A stretch of DNA of 64,000 nt from the human T2T-CHM13v2.0 reference genome, Homo sapiens (GCF_009914755.1 NC_060931.1), one strand, 5' to 3'. Positions 1 through 21,677 are shown, numbered from the stretch's first letter. Notes: generated by a model from the letters alone, not told the origin. Numbers and translations are program-made.

Positions 1-448
1 CGGCGGTGCCTAAGACCTCCGAGCACACCTCCCTGTAGTGTGGGCATGGGGGTACTCAAGCCCTCAGGCCAGCATAGCTTCCTTGCTGAAATTTGGGGGC
101 ACGAGGTGACAGGCAGCTGGGGAAGCCAGACCCCGCTTCTTTCTGGCTTTGCAGAGAGTGGTGAGCCTTTAGGACTAGAAGGGACAACTCTGTCCTGCTA
201 GAGAGCGAGGCATTGGGCTTACTAGGGCTGGAACTGCTGTGAGGGAAGGTATTACCTTCCCTTGTAGGAAGCATTTCTTGCCAGAATCACGCCAGTATTG
301 CAGTAAAAGGTAACCTGCAAATCTGCACATTGAGTTTTCATAGATACGCTACCCTAAAGGGGAGTATCCTGGTTTTTTTTTTTTTTCCCCTTCATTGTCC
401 TCTGGTATCTAATTTTGATAGATCCACTCTCTGGTTTGTTTGGTGAGT

Positions 449-625
449 GTTTTTTATTTATTTATTTATTTTAGATTCAGGGTCTCGCCCTGTCACCCAG
501 GCTGGAGTGCAGTTGCATGATCATAGCTCACTGCAACAACCTTGACCTCCTGGACTCAAGTAGTCCTCCCGCCTCAGCCTCCTGAGTAGCTGGGACTACA
601 GGCATGTGTACCACCGTGCCCAGCC
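449..625 (-). mobile_element. Alu right-arm fragment (J/FRAM-like)
   Basis: Antisense Alu consensus. Confidence 0.85.
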
Positions 626-894
626 TCTTTCTGGCTTATTTTATTTTTTTGAGTTTGCTTTTGTTTTGTTGGAGGGTGGTGCAGGTGGGGCCTGGTGGGC
701 TGTGCAGGATTGTCCTTCCCTTCTCCTTCTATCACTGGTGCCTAAATTACCAGCTTCCCAGTGGCCAGGGCTTTGCACAGGGGCTGACCAGGAGCCAAGC
801 TGGGTGTGGATGTTCTCTCCCCAAAGATCTCATCCACACTCAGGAGTGGCTTTTCACAATGAGTTATAGAGCCCAAGATTTAAGAACAGCTCCA

Positions 895-2100
<1,206 letters not shown>

Positions 2101-2524
2101 GGTACATAATAAAAGTTAGAGCAAAGAGGGAACTTCTGCCTCATGGGCCACAGCCCCACCCATCCCGCAATGATGAGTAAATGGAGGCCCCAGGTAATGC
2201 CAAGCCCTTTAGATTCCTCTCTGTTATGCTGGCCCCGTCCTCCCCTACACATGCCTGGGAGGCCTGCTGAGACACCCAGCATCTGCCCGGGATACAGCCT
2301 GGGCCAGAAGGCCAGAGGCGCTAGGATAAAGTGGCCTCTGGCTGAGGTTGGGCTGGTCCGTGAGCACTCACCCGGGTCCAGGGGGTGGCAAAGAGACCTC
2401 ATCAGGCACAGCACACTGTCGAGGTCACACACTGTGATGTGTCACTGAGGAGCCCCACTGGAGCAAGCGTTAGCGTCCAAGTGCTGTACAGCCACTTCCA
2501 GCCGGTCCTTAAAGGCAAAAATGA

Positions 2525-2882
<358 letters not shown>

Positions 2883-3164
2883 TCAGGCTTTTTCAGAGCT
2901 GACCTGTCTGGAGTCCATTCTGGAAGTGTCCAGCTCTTGCCTCACTTTGGCCTCGTCCGTATGGCTTGAGAGAGACGTATCACCAACCACTGTGTGCACA
3001 GAGCATTTCTTCCAGGACCTGAACAGCCAAACCAAAAGGCGGAAAGTTGCCCAGTCCCCTCTGCTGTGCCCTGATGGGATCGTTGGTGGAATTCCACCTC
3101 TCTACGGAAAGCACTCTGGGACACACCTCATGAAAAAGGCCAACCTCTTAACAAAAGAGCCTTT

Positions 3165-3346
<182 letters not shown>

Positions 3347-3709
3347 TTAGCTTGTATGCACTAAGCCGCGTGGGTGTTAATCGCCCAGGTGTTTTGCTCC
3401 TGCTCTGGCCAGCGCATGTCCGTGCAGCTCAGGGAGCAGGAATGGATGTGAGTTACACACCTGGCAGGTGCCCTTGCTGCACCAGAGGGAGCTCCATTGC
3501 CACAAGCCCTGTCTGGGCTTCCCCCAGCTCTGCCCGGCCTCGGCTCCTTCAGTCATTCATGCCACAGTGCTTTCCTGAGCACACGTCTGTTTGCCAGCAC
3601 TGGGAACACAAAGAAAATGAGCCTCGCCTGCTAAGAGGTAGATCTGTAGCAGCGGGCGACAATTCCTAAGAGCTCCCCTCTCTTGGGGGCTGGGGCCACA
3701 GTGCTTTTC

Positions 3710-3877
3710 CACAAAGCATCCAGCATGCGGAGTGGCATAGGCGTATCTGGAGGAGGGCGCACGTGGAGTTGTCCTGCCCCAGAGCCACCCACACACAAAG
3801 CATCCAGCATGCGGAGTGGCATAGGCGTATCTGGAGGAGGGCGCAGGTGTAGTTGTCCTGCCCCAGAGCCACCCACA
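3710..3877. repeat. 84-bp tandem duplication (2 copies, 2 mismatches)
   Basis: cacaaagcatccagcatgcgg...agagccacccaca at 3710 and 3794. Confidence 0.95.
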
Positions 3878-4230
3878 GGTCTGTTCCATTCATCAAATCC
3901 GCTTTGATATTCCCCATTTGGGCAGTTGAGGTGATGTCTGTGAACCTGCAGTTGGTGGTACCAGAGCCGTCTGGACCTGCGCTTTCCCAAGACAGCCCTG
4001 CCTCCCAAGGGGCCCCTCGCTGCCCCACATCCTTGGTGCTCACACCTCACTCTAGGACTCCTCCAGGCCACATGCCAGTCACCGGAGCATCTTCCCCCAG
4101 GCTACGGCACCCTCTGCTCTGCACACAGCCCATGACCACCAGAGTGGTGGGCACTCCAGGGTGGGTCCCTTCCAGCCCACTCCCTCCATGCTTTATCCAC
4201 CTAGCACCACATGTTTCTTGTCACTTGTGA

Positions 4231-4630
<400 letters not shown>

Positions 4631-4644
4631 TGTAGACTTTCATC

Positions 4645-4771
4645 TTTTTTTTTTTTTAATTTATTTGTAATTTGTGTGGGTACATAGTAGGTGTCTATAT
4701 TTATAGGCTACATGAGACGTTTTGATACAGGCATGCAATGTGAAACATCACATCATAGAGAATGGGGTACC
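4645..4771 (-). mobile_element. 5'-truncated L1 3' end (L1MA/PB-like) with TSD gtagacttttc
   Basis: Poly-T, then gtgggtacatagtaggtg...gagaatggggta; TSD at 4632 and 4772. Confidence 0.8.
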
Positions 4772-5101
4772 GTAGACTTTCTTGACTCCACTTCGATTGC
4801 TTCTTCCAAAATGCACACACTATTATGAACTATTTTTTTTCTGAGAAAGTACTTAAACCCACCTAAAACTTTATTAATCATCCCTCAGTTACAGGACTAA
4901 TTTAAGACTCATCAATAAGATGATATGATATTTTACCATTGATTTCCATCTCCCCCCACCCTTTTTTTTCTTTAACTGGTACTACAGAAACCAAAGCTCT
5001 TCTTTTCAGCAAAATCCATTGATCCTCCTCAGCCTAAACGTTTAAAGTTCAATTTAACATTTAGGGAGTAAAAGGTCTCTGAAGGGACTCATAACCATTG
5101 A

Positions 5102-5356
<255 letters not shown>

Positions 5357-5505
5357 TGAGCATGACTTCCAGGCACACACAGACTGACATAGCATTTGCC
5401 CCTGAACTTCACATCATCAGACATGTTGATAAATGGATCTGCAAAATAAGCCCAGGTTGTAACCCCAAATCTATAAGGGGTAAAATGTTTCAAAAATGAT
5501 ATTCT

Positions 5506-5801
<296 letters not shown>

Positions 5802-6067
5802 CTACATTTGTGAGGTTTCCTTGAGCGAAATGCATCTGTCTTTCCCAATCGGTGGATGGTGTCAGGCAGCCAGTGGGCCCAAGACTATCCAAGCCGTGCA
5901 GGTGCAGAGGTGAAGCTCAAGGCATGAGTCGTTAGCAAGGCGGCACCTGGCAGCTGGACCTGGGCTGAGACCAGAGAGGAAAGCCCATTTCCCAGTGTGT
6001 GTCCTCTGGGGACAAGCCCTGGGCTAGTGCTAAACTCTTTCTGCCTTCTCAAGCAAATTGATATTTA

Positions 6068-6072
<5 letters not shown>

Positions 6073-6110
<38 letters not shown>
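6073..6110. repeat. (AC)19 microsatellite
   Basis: Read directly. Confidence 0.95.
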
Positions 6111-6114
<4 letters not shown>

Positions 6115-6374
6115 TCTCTGATGTATTTAATATTACACACACGCGCACACACACAATCTCAGTGGGTTTTTTGGTATTGCCTCTTTCATTACCTCACATA
6201 TCAGGGAGTTAGTATCAGTAAAATATGTTAATGCCCTATGTAACTGATGTGAGTTTTAGATTTCTAATGACTTACATTACCAAAAACGTTTCCCACAAAT
6301 AATGAGTTGGTTTTCCCCTAGTGTGATGAGTTAATGAAAGTTAGATTCCTTGTAACAACAATAAGGACTATTGA

Positions 6375-6736
<362 letters not shown>

Positions 6737-6882
6737 TAAATTAAGGTATTAAGTTTTATACCCGCTCCCATCAAGTAAAAGAAAAGCAAAAAAGGGAAAA
6801 AAAAGATACTGAATTTTAACTCTAGTATGAAGAAATGTATGTATCCATCAACAGGAAGCACTAAATTTATGACTACAGGTAA

Positions 6883-7283
<401 letters not shown>

Positions 7284-7309
7284 CTTGGTGAATTTTTCTA
7301 AGGTGGGCT

Positions 7310-8462
<1,153 letters not shown>

Positions 8463-9245
8463 GAGAACTGCCAGCTCCCGCCCACCCGGGGCCCTCCCTG
8501 CATCAGAACTTGGCCGTAGGCTTTCAGTACATTCTCTCACTAATTGCCCAGAATGGATCTGCAATGTAGACCATCTCTTTTCATAGAGGGAGAAAGCAGG
8601 TCGTGGGTGAGGTACCTCCTACAGCTTTTGCGGCTAATCAGGGCCAGAGGTGGGACTTTGCAACTCCAGACTGGCACCTGCCCATCTCTGCAGCCCTTGC
8701 CTCCCCGTCTGCTCCATTGTGGCCACCTGGAGCCCTGGTTGCCGGACCAAGGCCAGTCCCTTGGGGCCACGCCCAACTCTGCAGGTGGAGGCCGCATCCA
8801 TCGTCCCTGGGGGAGCGCGGCAGGGCACAGACTCCAGGAAAGGAGTGCGCATCACAGAGTCAAGGCTCGGACAGATGGGCAGACCCTTGACCCCGTTGAT
8901 ACGGATTTGGTCCTAAGTAAATGCCTTTTAGGAAAGCACTCCTCACCAGTGAGTGATCAAGGGGGAAAACGCGAGCAATCTCAGTGCCCTGCCATGGAGA
9001 AATGGGTTAGTAAAAAGAACGGACCATCCCTAACTGGGATGTTATGTCACCGTTAAAATATTAATAATAGTTATGGAGAATTCATAGTAACATGAGAAAC
9101 GTACCTAATATAATATGAAGTCAAAACATGCACCGTACAAAATTATTTACAGTGCAGTATGATTGTACATCTTCCTACAGCAAACTCATGCATTACCACA
9201 ATGTGGAAATAAACACATATGGGAATTAAATATTATTAAGTTGAC

Positions 9246-9532
9246 TTTTCTTGTTTTTTGAGACAGAGTCTTGCTCTGTCACCCAGGCTGGAATGCAGTC
9301 TCACAATCTCAGCTCACTGCAACCCTCCGCTCCAGGTTGAAGTGATTCTCCTGCTTCAGCCTCCTGAGTAGCTGGGATTACAGGTGTGTGCCACCAAGCC
9401 TGGCTAATTTTTCAGTAGAGATAGGTTTTCTCCATGTTGCTCAGGCTGGTTTCAAACTCCTGACTTCAGGTTATCTGCCCGCCTCACCTCCTGATGTGCT
9501 AGGATTACAGACATAAGTCACTGTGCCCAGCT
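9246..9532 (-). mobile_element. AluS
   Basis: Antisense dimer; TSD ttgacttttc. Confidence 0.9.
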
Positions 9533-9623
9533 CTTGACTTTTCAAATTAGGTAAAGGGATTAGCTATATTAAAATATACAATAACTGATTCTTAGAGGGA
9601 AGGGCTGAAGCTAGAATTTACTT

Positions 9624-9632
<9 letters not shown>

Positions 9633-9666
<34 letters not shown>
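9633..9666. repeat. (TG)17 microsatellite at an Alu tail
   Basis: Read directly. Confidence 0.95.
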
Positions 9667-9930
<264 letters not shown>

Positions 9931-10049
9931 TCATTCTTTATAACAAAAAATTGTTGATGGATCTAGGATTTAAATATTATAATTTTTTGTCACAAACATA
10001 CTGGAAGAAAACTGGGGTGCATATTTGTTTTTATTAATATGACTATATA

Positions 10050-10990
<941 letters not shown>

Positions 10991-11004
10991 ACAGGGCAGG
11001 GAGA

Positions 11005-11692
11005 TTATATTATACTATACTATATTAAACACTTCTATTTCAGTAGCCTATTTCATATTCATATTACACTATAGTATATTACATTACTTCATTATTACAC
11101 TATAGTATCCTGCATATTAGTTCGTACTATGCTATAGTATATTTCATTCATATTTTGCTATACTATGTGACATATTAATTTATATTGTGCTATAGTGTGT
11201 TACATATTCACATTATGTTATAGCATGTTACATATTAGTTCATATTAAGCCGTAGTATATTACATTAGTTCACATTCCACTATAATGTTACATATTAATT
11301 CATATTATGCTATAGCATGTTACATATTAGTTTGTATTACACTATAGCTTGTTACGTGTTAGTTCATGTTACGCTCTAGTGTGTTACGCATTCGTTCATA
11401 TTACGCTGTAGTGTGTTATGTATTAGTTCATATTACCCTATAACGTGTTACATAGTAGTTTATGTTACACTATAGTGTGTTACGTATTAGTTCATATTAT
11501 GCTATAGCTTATTACATATTAGTTCATAGTACACTATCATTTGTTATGCATTAATTTCTATTATGCTATAGTGTGTTATGTGTTTGCTTATATTACACTA
11601 TAGGCTGTTACATATCATATGTTACATATTCATATTTTGCTATAGTATGTTACATATTTGTTTATATTACACTTTAGACTGTTACATATGAT
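11005..11692. repeat. Degenerate AT-rich minisatellite, 32-bp unit, about 21 copies
   Basis: Unit about tattacactatagtgtgttacatattagttca; ctatag-like core recurs every 32 bp from 11310 to 11598. Confidence 0.9.
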
Positions 11693-12344
11693 GTCGTATT
11701 TCTGTACATGCAGAAACATTTTAGAAAAATACAAATGAACTCCATCTGAGGAGCGGAAATGAGCCAAGGAATAGTAAGACTCTTTCACTTCCCATGCTCT
11801 TGTCATATTTGATTACATCCCTGAGTGTCCATAATTGAAATACATGAAAATATTAACAGTGCTTTTCTAGAGGTGATGAGAATTGGGTTGACTTTGTAAA
11901 CTGTGTCATTTCTACTTTTCTGTATCCCAGTTTATTATTATGAGAGCATATGTTAAATTCATATGATATAAAAATAATCAACTTATTTTTGGAGGGGTTT
12001 TTTTTTTTCCCCCAGATTAAGAGGAAGGAATGCTATTTATTGACCAGGGAATTCACTTAGAGATCCTGGGAAATCTGAATCTGTGGAATGCAGTTGCGAG
12101 CATTCACAATGTCCCCATTAGGTATTGCAGTTGCGTTTGCATTCCATTATAACAGAGACGGAACAGCTGCCACATCTATTTAGTGCATCCTTTATTCCAA
12201 CAAACTCCTTCATTGTGTCAGCAGAATGTAAATGGATCATTCTTCTTGCGCTAACTTCAGAAAACAATGAGTGCATGATGATGATTTTTTTTTTTCTTTT
12301 TAAAATCTGGCATTTCAAGAACAAATTACATTTAGGATAACCTT

Positions 12345-12842
<498 letters not shown>

Positions 12843-13002
12843 CATTCCTCACTGACTTTGAGTTGTTAATGTAGAGGTGGGAGGATCTCGATTCCATTTT
12901 CATCCCTTCCACACGCCATCCTTGCTTCCTGCTCTTTTTCCAACAAACACTTCTAAATCACCAAACTGTCAAGGACTGACATTTCATTTGGAACAATAAT
13001 AG

Positions 13003-13723
<721 letters not shown>

Positions 13724-13869
13724 CTCTTTTTTATTTCTGAAAGAGAAGCATCACCATGTATTTCATTTAAATGTATTTTTAAATTTTTATTATTTTTTTT
13801 GATGACCCAGAACTGAGCAGATTATTTAAATGTAGACAGACATCAGAAGTCATAATTCAACTTAAAACA

Positions 13870-15070
13870 CAAATGACGAGAGTGGGAGAAAATAATCACC
13901 ACAAATTTGACAAACGGATAATTAAAAAATGTAAAGGCTGTAAATCAATCCATTAAAGGAGAGAAACAGTGCAGTCGAACAATAAGCAAGGGATATGAAC
14001 AGTCAGTTCACAGAAGAAATGCAAATGGAAACTACACATATGAAAAAATGCAAAGTTTTTTTTACAGTCAGGGAGATGCAGATTCAATTAGTGAAAGACT
14101 GTTTTGCCTGTCAGACTGACAGCATTTTTTAATTATTTATTTATTTATTTTTGAGACGGAGTCTTGCTCTGTTGCCCAGGCTGGAGTGAAGTGGCACAAT
14201 CTCGGCTCACTGCAACCTCTGCTCCCCGGGTTCAAGTGATTCTTCTGCCCCAGGTTCAAGTGATTTTCCTGCCTCAGCCTCCCGAGTAGCTGGCGTTACA
14301 GGCGCATGCCACCATGCCCGGTTAATTTTTGTATTTTTACGAGGTTTCGCCATGTTGGCCAAGCTGGTCTCGAACTCCTGACCTCAAGTGATCCACCTGC
14401 CTCAGCCTCCGAAAGTGCTAGGATTACAGGCATGAGCCACTGCACCCAGCCTAATTTTTTATTTCATTTTAGAGACATGGTCTCTCTCTGTCGCTCAGGT
14501 TGGAGAGCAGTGATACAATCATAGCTCATTGCAGCCTCAAACTCCTGGGCTGAAGTGATCCTCCTGCCTCAGCCTCCCAAGTAGCTGGGACTGCAGGCAA
14601 ACACCACCACACATGGCTACTTTTTTTTTCATTATTTCTTTTATGGACATGGAGTCTCACTGTGTTGCCCAGGCTGGTCTTGAAGTTCTGGCCTCCAGTG
14701 ATCCTCCCACCTCAGTGTCCCAAAATGCTGGGGGATTACAGGTGTGGGCTACCGCACCTGGCCTTTAAAAAAAATATAGCAATTCTGGCCTGACAAAGAC
14801 TTGTCAAAAATTATTGAAACATCCAGTGTTGGTGACGGTGAAGTGGCACTTATGGAATGGATGGGCATGGAAGGAGCCTCTTGGGAGGCCAGCTGGGTGG
14901 CATTTATGTAAAGCTCCAGTGCCCAAGCTGTTCAGCCAGCAGCTTCACTTCCAGGTATCCTGATGAGAGAACTGAAGGTTATTGCCACTGCCTGGGTCCA
15001 CATGTGGAAGGACTCCCATACCATACTGCCCAGGGAAAAAGGCTAGTCTCAAGAAATATTCATACCGTCC
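13870..15070 (+). mobile_element. Old L1 fragments interrupted by two Alus
   Basis: gcaagggatatgaacag.cagttcacagaagaaatgcaaatgg motif. Confidence 0.55.
14125..14763 (-). mobile_element. AluS (14125-14451, internal 24-bp duplication) plus AluJ (14455-14763)
   Basis: Antisense dimers. Confidence 0.9.
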
Positions 15071-15184
15071 CATTTATGGGGGTAGAAAATAAAAAAAGAT
15101 ATATACACACACATATATACATGCAATTATGTATGGAAAATTTTTTCTTAACGTAAAATACACTTTCTTTTATTTTGTTACACT

Positions 15185-15457
<273 letters not shown>

Positions 15458-15492
15458 AGAAATAATAAAATACACCTTAAAACATGAAATCA

Positions 15493-15785
15493 TCCAGGTA
15501 CAGTGGCCCACACCTGTAATCCCAGCCCTTTGGGAGGCCAAGGTGGGAGGATGACTTCAGGCCAGGAGTTCCAGACCAGCCTGGGCGACATAGCAAAACC
15601 CTGTCTCTACAACAGTGTTTTAAAATATTAGCCAAGCGTAGTGGCTTGCACCTGTAGTCCCAGCTACTTGGGAGGCTGAGGCAAGAGGATGGCTTGAGCC
15701 CAGGAGTTAAAGGTTGCAGTAAGCTGTGATTGTGCCATTATACTCCAGCCTGGGTGACAGAGTGAGAAAACTTGTCTCTTAAAAA
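15493..15785 (+). mobile_element. AluJ
   Basis: Dimer. Confidence 0.9.
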
Positions 15786-15786
15786 T

Positions 15787-15857
15787 GGAAGGGAAAGAAA
15801 GAAAGAAGGAAGGGAGAGTGGGAAAGAAGAAAGGAAGGGAGGGAGGGAGGGAGGAAA
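15787..15857. repeat. GA-rich polypurine tract
   Basis: ggaagggaaagaaagaaag...gggagggagg. Confidence 0.85.
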
Positions 15858-16080
15858 CTATTAACATTGGTTCTGTCTTTGTAGGTGCTTGGGATTAGAT
15901 GAGGCAGAAATGAAGGGGGATTTCCTATTCCATTTTTTGTATTTTCATCATCTTGGCCTCTTTTGTGTGTTTTTAATCTTTATTTTTCCACGCACCTCGC
16001 TCCTCACAGAAATCTTTGCCTCTTTTGAAATGGGAATAGATTACCTGTGTATGCATTCTTTTAAAATTTCATTTAAATAG

Positions 16081-16170
<90 letters not shown>

Positions 16171-17394
16171 TAAGTCTCTCTGCTTGGCCTCCCTTATCCG
16201 TACACATTTCTCACCTGATTTTGCTTGAGTAGGGCAGGATCGAGAAGGTTCTTGACCTCTGTGCTGCTGCAGGGACACAGTGTATTTCCCATGAGTTACT
16301 TGCGTCGGTTCAATGCACGTTCTAGCACTCACTGGGTAATCCTTCCAACAAACTTCTTTCCTTCTTTATTGTGAAGGCTGGTCACTGCTATGCCTTCTGC
16401 CATGAAAATTTGGGAGTTAGTTTATATAAGATGTGACACATGGGACATTTTTTGTGTGGAGTTGAGTCTGGGTAAATCACATGTCTTTTTCGCTGGGCCA
16501 CAGTTCTTCATTTCTCCCAGGGCCCTTTAGGAAGGCCTGCCCCAGAATAAGCACATTCCCACGCAGGCATAGGGGTTCATGTCACACCTAACAACGCTAG
16601 GTGTGGATATACGGATAGACACAGATTCGGGCAGGCAGAGTCACAAAAGGCCAATTCCTACCCAGCTCTTGTCCAAAGGAAATTAGAGGTGTCCACTACA
16701 AGTGTACTTTTTACCCGCCCATCTTTCATGCAGAACACCAGCAAGGAAGAAATAATAATTGACATAAATCATGAAAAGATGAAGAAATGGCAGAAATTGC
16801 TCCTAGCCATTGCCTCCTCTACCAAACTCCCGGGGAGCAATGCCAGGCTAGAGTTTGAACCACTTTTTCCTGTTCTGGAAGGCTCTTCCCATCTTCCGCG
16901 GAAACACACACGCGTGCTTACTGCCATGTCTCTTGGGTTTCCCTATTCCAGTTACAAAGGTCCCCGCACTCTGCTCACACAGTGCCTCCGTGGGCATCGG
17001 CAAGAAGACGGGTACTTCTGAATGGCGCCGCTGTCCCACCAGGCTCCACCTCTGTATGGGGTGCCGGCACTTACTGTCCCTCTGCCCCATCTCACGTGAC
17101 CTTGGGCTTTGAGGGTGCTGCTGGGTCTGTTGCTTTCAGGATGCTGTGTGGGGTTCTTGGCCCTTTGCTCTGGGTCATTTAGTAGCCTGAGACCTCGAGA
17201 GCCCAGCTTCGTAGCCTGGTGGTCAGAATGGATTCTGATCATGAGTATGAAACTTACAAAGACTAAAACATCACCACTAGATCAGCTACTCTCTTCTCTC
17301 AATTACTGCTTGGACCTGATTAAGCAACTTACTTACTTGCACTAAGTAGGTTGTTTTTCTCAGTAAATCTGATTTTTAAAACTTACTATATTTC

Positions 17395-17548
17395 ACCGAG
17401 CATGGCAGTGTGCACCTGTAGTCCCAGCTACTTGGGAGCCTGAGGTGGGAGGATCACGTGAACCCAGGAGTTGAGGCTGCAGTGAGCTGTGATCGTACCA
17501 GTGCACTCCAGCCTGGGCAACAGAGCAAGACCCTGCCCCTAAAAAAAT
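17395..17548 (+). mobile_element. Alu right-arm fragment
   Basis: Single arm. Confidence 0.85.
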
Positions 17549-17787
17549 TTTTAAAATATTGTTTTAGTTTTAAAAAACATGTCAGGGGCTGATTGTCCTT
17601 CACATAAAAATTAGCCCTGTCTCAGGACTGTAGCTGAGAGGGCAGTGGCTCTCTTGGGGTGCGCCCCACCTGCCCTCTGAAGTAAGAAACATTCTTGTCT
17701 CCCCAGTGGTGAGCCAGGCCGAGGGGTGTGGTGTGCATGAAGGGAGAGAGACTCACTCGGTTAGATGATAGGCATGGCTCAGAGATA

Positions 17788-18317
<530 letters not shown>

Positions 18318-19151
18318 TCAATATTGGGCCTATTTGCAGAGGTGCAGTTCCTAGGCTCATAGTACCGGCAGGGTTTCCACGCCTGGGTTTGAATGAGCCA
18401 GAGCGGGGAAAGGTAGCTAGAGACTGAAGGTGAGGGCCCCCTCGAGGGGAGCCGTGGCCTTGGGGAGGGAAGAGGGACCCAGGGCAGCGCCAGGGACCCC
18501 TTAACTGATCCCCTCTCTCCTCCCACCAGCCAGGGGAGCTGGGGAAGGGCATAGTACATCCCTAGCATCAGGGGAGCGCAGGGAAAGAATTGTCGAGGAA
18601 GCCTTCCTAAAGAGGGTGGTATGGGATTCGGGATTGGAAGATGAGTCAAGTCAGGTTTTGCAGAGGTTTGTGAAGATGCAAGCCTGGCGAAGCCTGTCTT
18701 GGGGAGGACCTGCCAGAGGTTCCGAACGATTTGCCTGTGGGGTAGGATGGGGCAGCCTGGTGGGGCATTTCCCACATCAGAAACGGTCTGGACACTGACA
18801 AAGGCAGCCTAGGACCAACCACGTAATGTAATAGTTCCCAGAGTAAGTCATCCCCCAAAAATGCAGAGAATGGCCTGAGAGAATTGGATCTTGGCTACTT
18901 TCTTTTAACTTTGGAGGCCATGGGCTCATTCTGAGACCTCCCCCACTGCCTTTGCCTCCCCTTTTATTTTCCAGGACAGATTTGTCACTATTCCGTCTGC
19001 TTCAAGTCCAACCTACATGTATTTTATTAGACCAGACACGTTTTCATTCATGTTTGTGAATATAAGCCCCTTGGGGCAAATCTTTTCACATATGGTCTTA
19101 CAGCATTTCAAAAACAATTTATTTTCCCTCTTCTGAAGGAGGGATTCTTAG

Positions 19152-19440
19152 GGCCAGGCGCGGTGGCTCACACCTGTAATCCCAGCACTTTGGGAGCCTG
19201 AGGCGGGCGGCTCACTTGAGCCCAGGAGTTCAAGACCAGCCTGGGCAACATGGCAAAAGCCTGTCTCTACAAAAAATACAAAAATTATCCTGGCATGGTA
19301 GCTCCTAACTGTAGTCCTGGATACTTATGAGTCTGAAGTGGGAGGATCGCTTGAGCCCAGGAGGTCGAGGCTGCAGTGAGCCTAATTATACCACTGCACT
19401 GCGACCTGGGTGACAGAGCAAGACCCTGTCTAAAAAAAAA
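19152..19440 (+). mobile_element. AluJ
   Basis: Dimer; TSD gggattctta. Confidence 0.9.
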
Positions 19441-19564
19441 GGGATTCTTAAATATTTGTTGACGGGAATTGGAGAGGCATGAAGGAAGATGGGTTTTGGA
19501 GAAAGACTGACTTGGGATTGATTCACTAGGGTCCACTACGAGCTCTCTGCGTGACCCTGAATGA

Positions 19565-19944
<380 letters not shown>

Positions 19945-20587
19945 ATGCTAGGTGGTTTTGAAGAGGCAGGAATGGGATGTGTGTGTATAGCACCTGGCAT
20001 GGTGAGAGTCTGAGGCTAAGCTGTCGAGAGATAGAAGCTATTCCCAGCAAGCTCAGAGCAGGGCGTGGTATGCGTTTCTGAAATTAACGGCCTTGGAGGA
20101 AATTGACTTTCACCGCATCACCACGACGGACTGGGCCCACATTGTCTGTCTGTCGTGGGGAGATGTCACAGGGTACCCATCCCTCTCCCGTTTTGGAGAG
20201 AAGCCCGCAGGTCTGTGGTACTGAGGCTGCTCCGAGACCCCGGTTTATCGTGAGCAGTCATCGCCATGCGTCAGCTGGGACAGCACGGGCTGACTGTGGC
20301 AGACAACGGCAGTAAAGTTTTCCATGTGTAGGCTTGAAGCAAAATGTAATTAGCCTTTATGTGCAGAACAAGGGCCCATTGATGAATACAGCTGGTCTTT
20401 GTTTTGTCCTGTCGTTGAGAGTGGGAGGTAAAAGTGTTCTTCTTCATGTTTATTAATGCAAGATTCCTTAGACAAATGGCAAGCACAGTTTAATATTTGT
20501 TGGAACATGGGGGCTTTGCCAAAACAGTTGTTGTGTAAGAGGATTGCAAGGTTTCCGATTATAACCATTTCTGGGTTAAATAAATGA

Positions 20588-20741
<154 letters not shown>

Positions 20742-21677
20742 ATTCTTTTTTCTTTAGTTAAAAACATAGCTCCTTCTCAGATGGTCACCCTGTGTACGGA
20801 TCTTCCCGCTTCTCTTAGCAAATGGAGATTTACCACCCTAATAGCCTTAACCTTGGAGACTCTAGCAAAGGAACGTGCTGTGGATTTTAACATCTAAACA
20901 ATTCCTTGGGATGGATGGCCGTGGAGGTGGCAGATCCCTGGAATCACGCAGCAGTAGGCAGCCCAGAGAGAGGCCTGGGCATCCCTCACTGCCCCAAGTT
21001 CCTGCATCCGTCTCCTGCAGCTGTTCACTTACTTGATCTTGGGTTTGGGTTGCTACTGCACCCTCCAGCAGGAATGTCGCCCTCCCAGCCAAGCGGCTAG
21101 TGTTCTGGGCAAAAATGCAGGAATTCCCATTTTTGCTGAAGTCCACGATCCTATGCCCTGTCCCCAAGAATCTGGATTGGAAAAGGAGTTCCAGCTGCAA
21201 TACACACAGTCAGCTTCTTGCATTCCTCCCCACTCGTGGGCCGAGGCACTGAGCCTCGATGAAAGAAAATATTGAATCGCACTGAAATACTACATTTTTT
21301 ATAGCTAATGTTAGTCTTAGGAGAATTTGCACCTCCCAAACCTTTCCTGCCAGTAAAATTCGTATTTCTTAAGGTTACTCATGTTGTATTCCTAGCCTAT
21401 ATGCTTTTTTCAAAGAACGACATTGTGTATACACATACTTACATAGTACGGTTACAAAAGAGACATTTACGAGGAACTTCACTTAGGTTAATTTTAGAGT
21501 ATTTTCTTTATAACATGTATATAACCAGTACTTTATCACAAAATACAACGTGCTCTGAAACAGCAGAAAACTTTCCCGTAGCTAACTCAGCACTGGGGAG
21601 CCTCTACGCTTCTTTGGAGGGATAGAGAACTCCAGATCCCAAAGGAGGACATAAGACAGAATTTGAAAAGGGGAGGA

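Noticed and set aside
3557-4071. Overlapping ORFs with internal peptide repeats
   Set aside because: Explained by the 84-bp (28-codon) duplication in GC-rich DNA
11005-11692. CRISPR-like array or SP6 promoter / vector contamination (ACACTATAG)
   Set aside because: No spacers; only the 3' 9 nt of the SP6 promoter match, as part of a degenerate repeat unit
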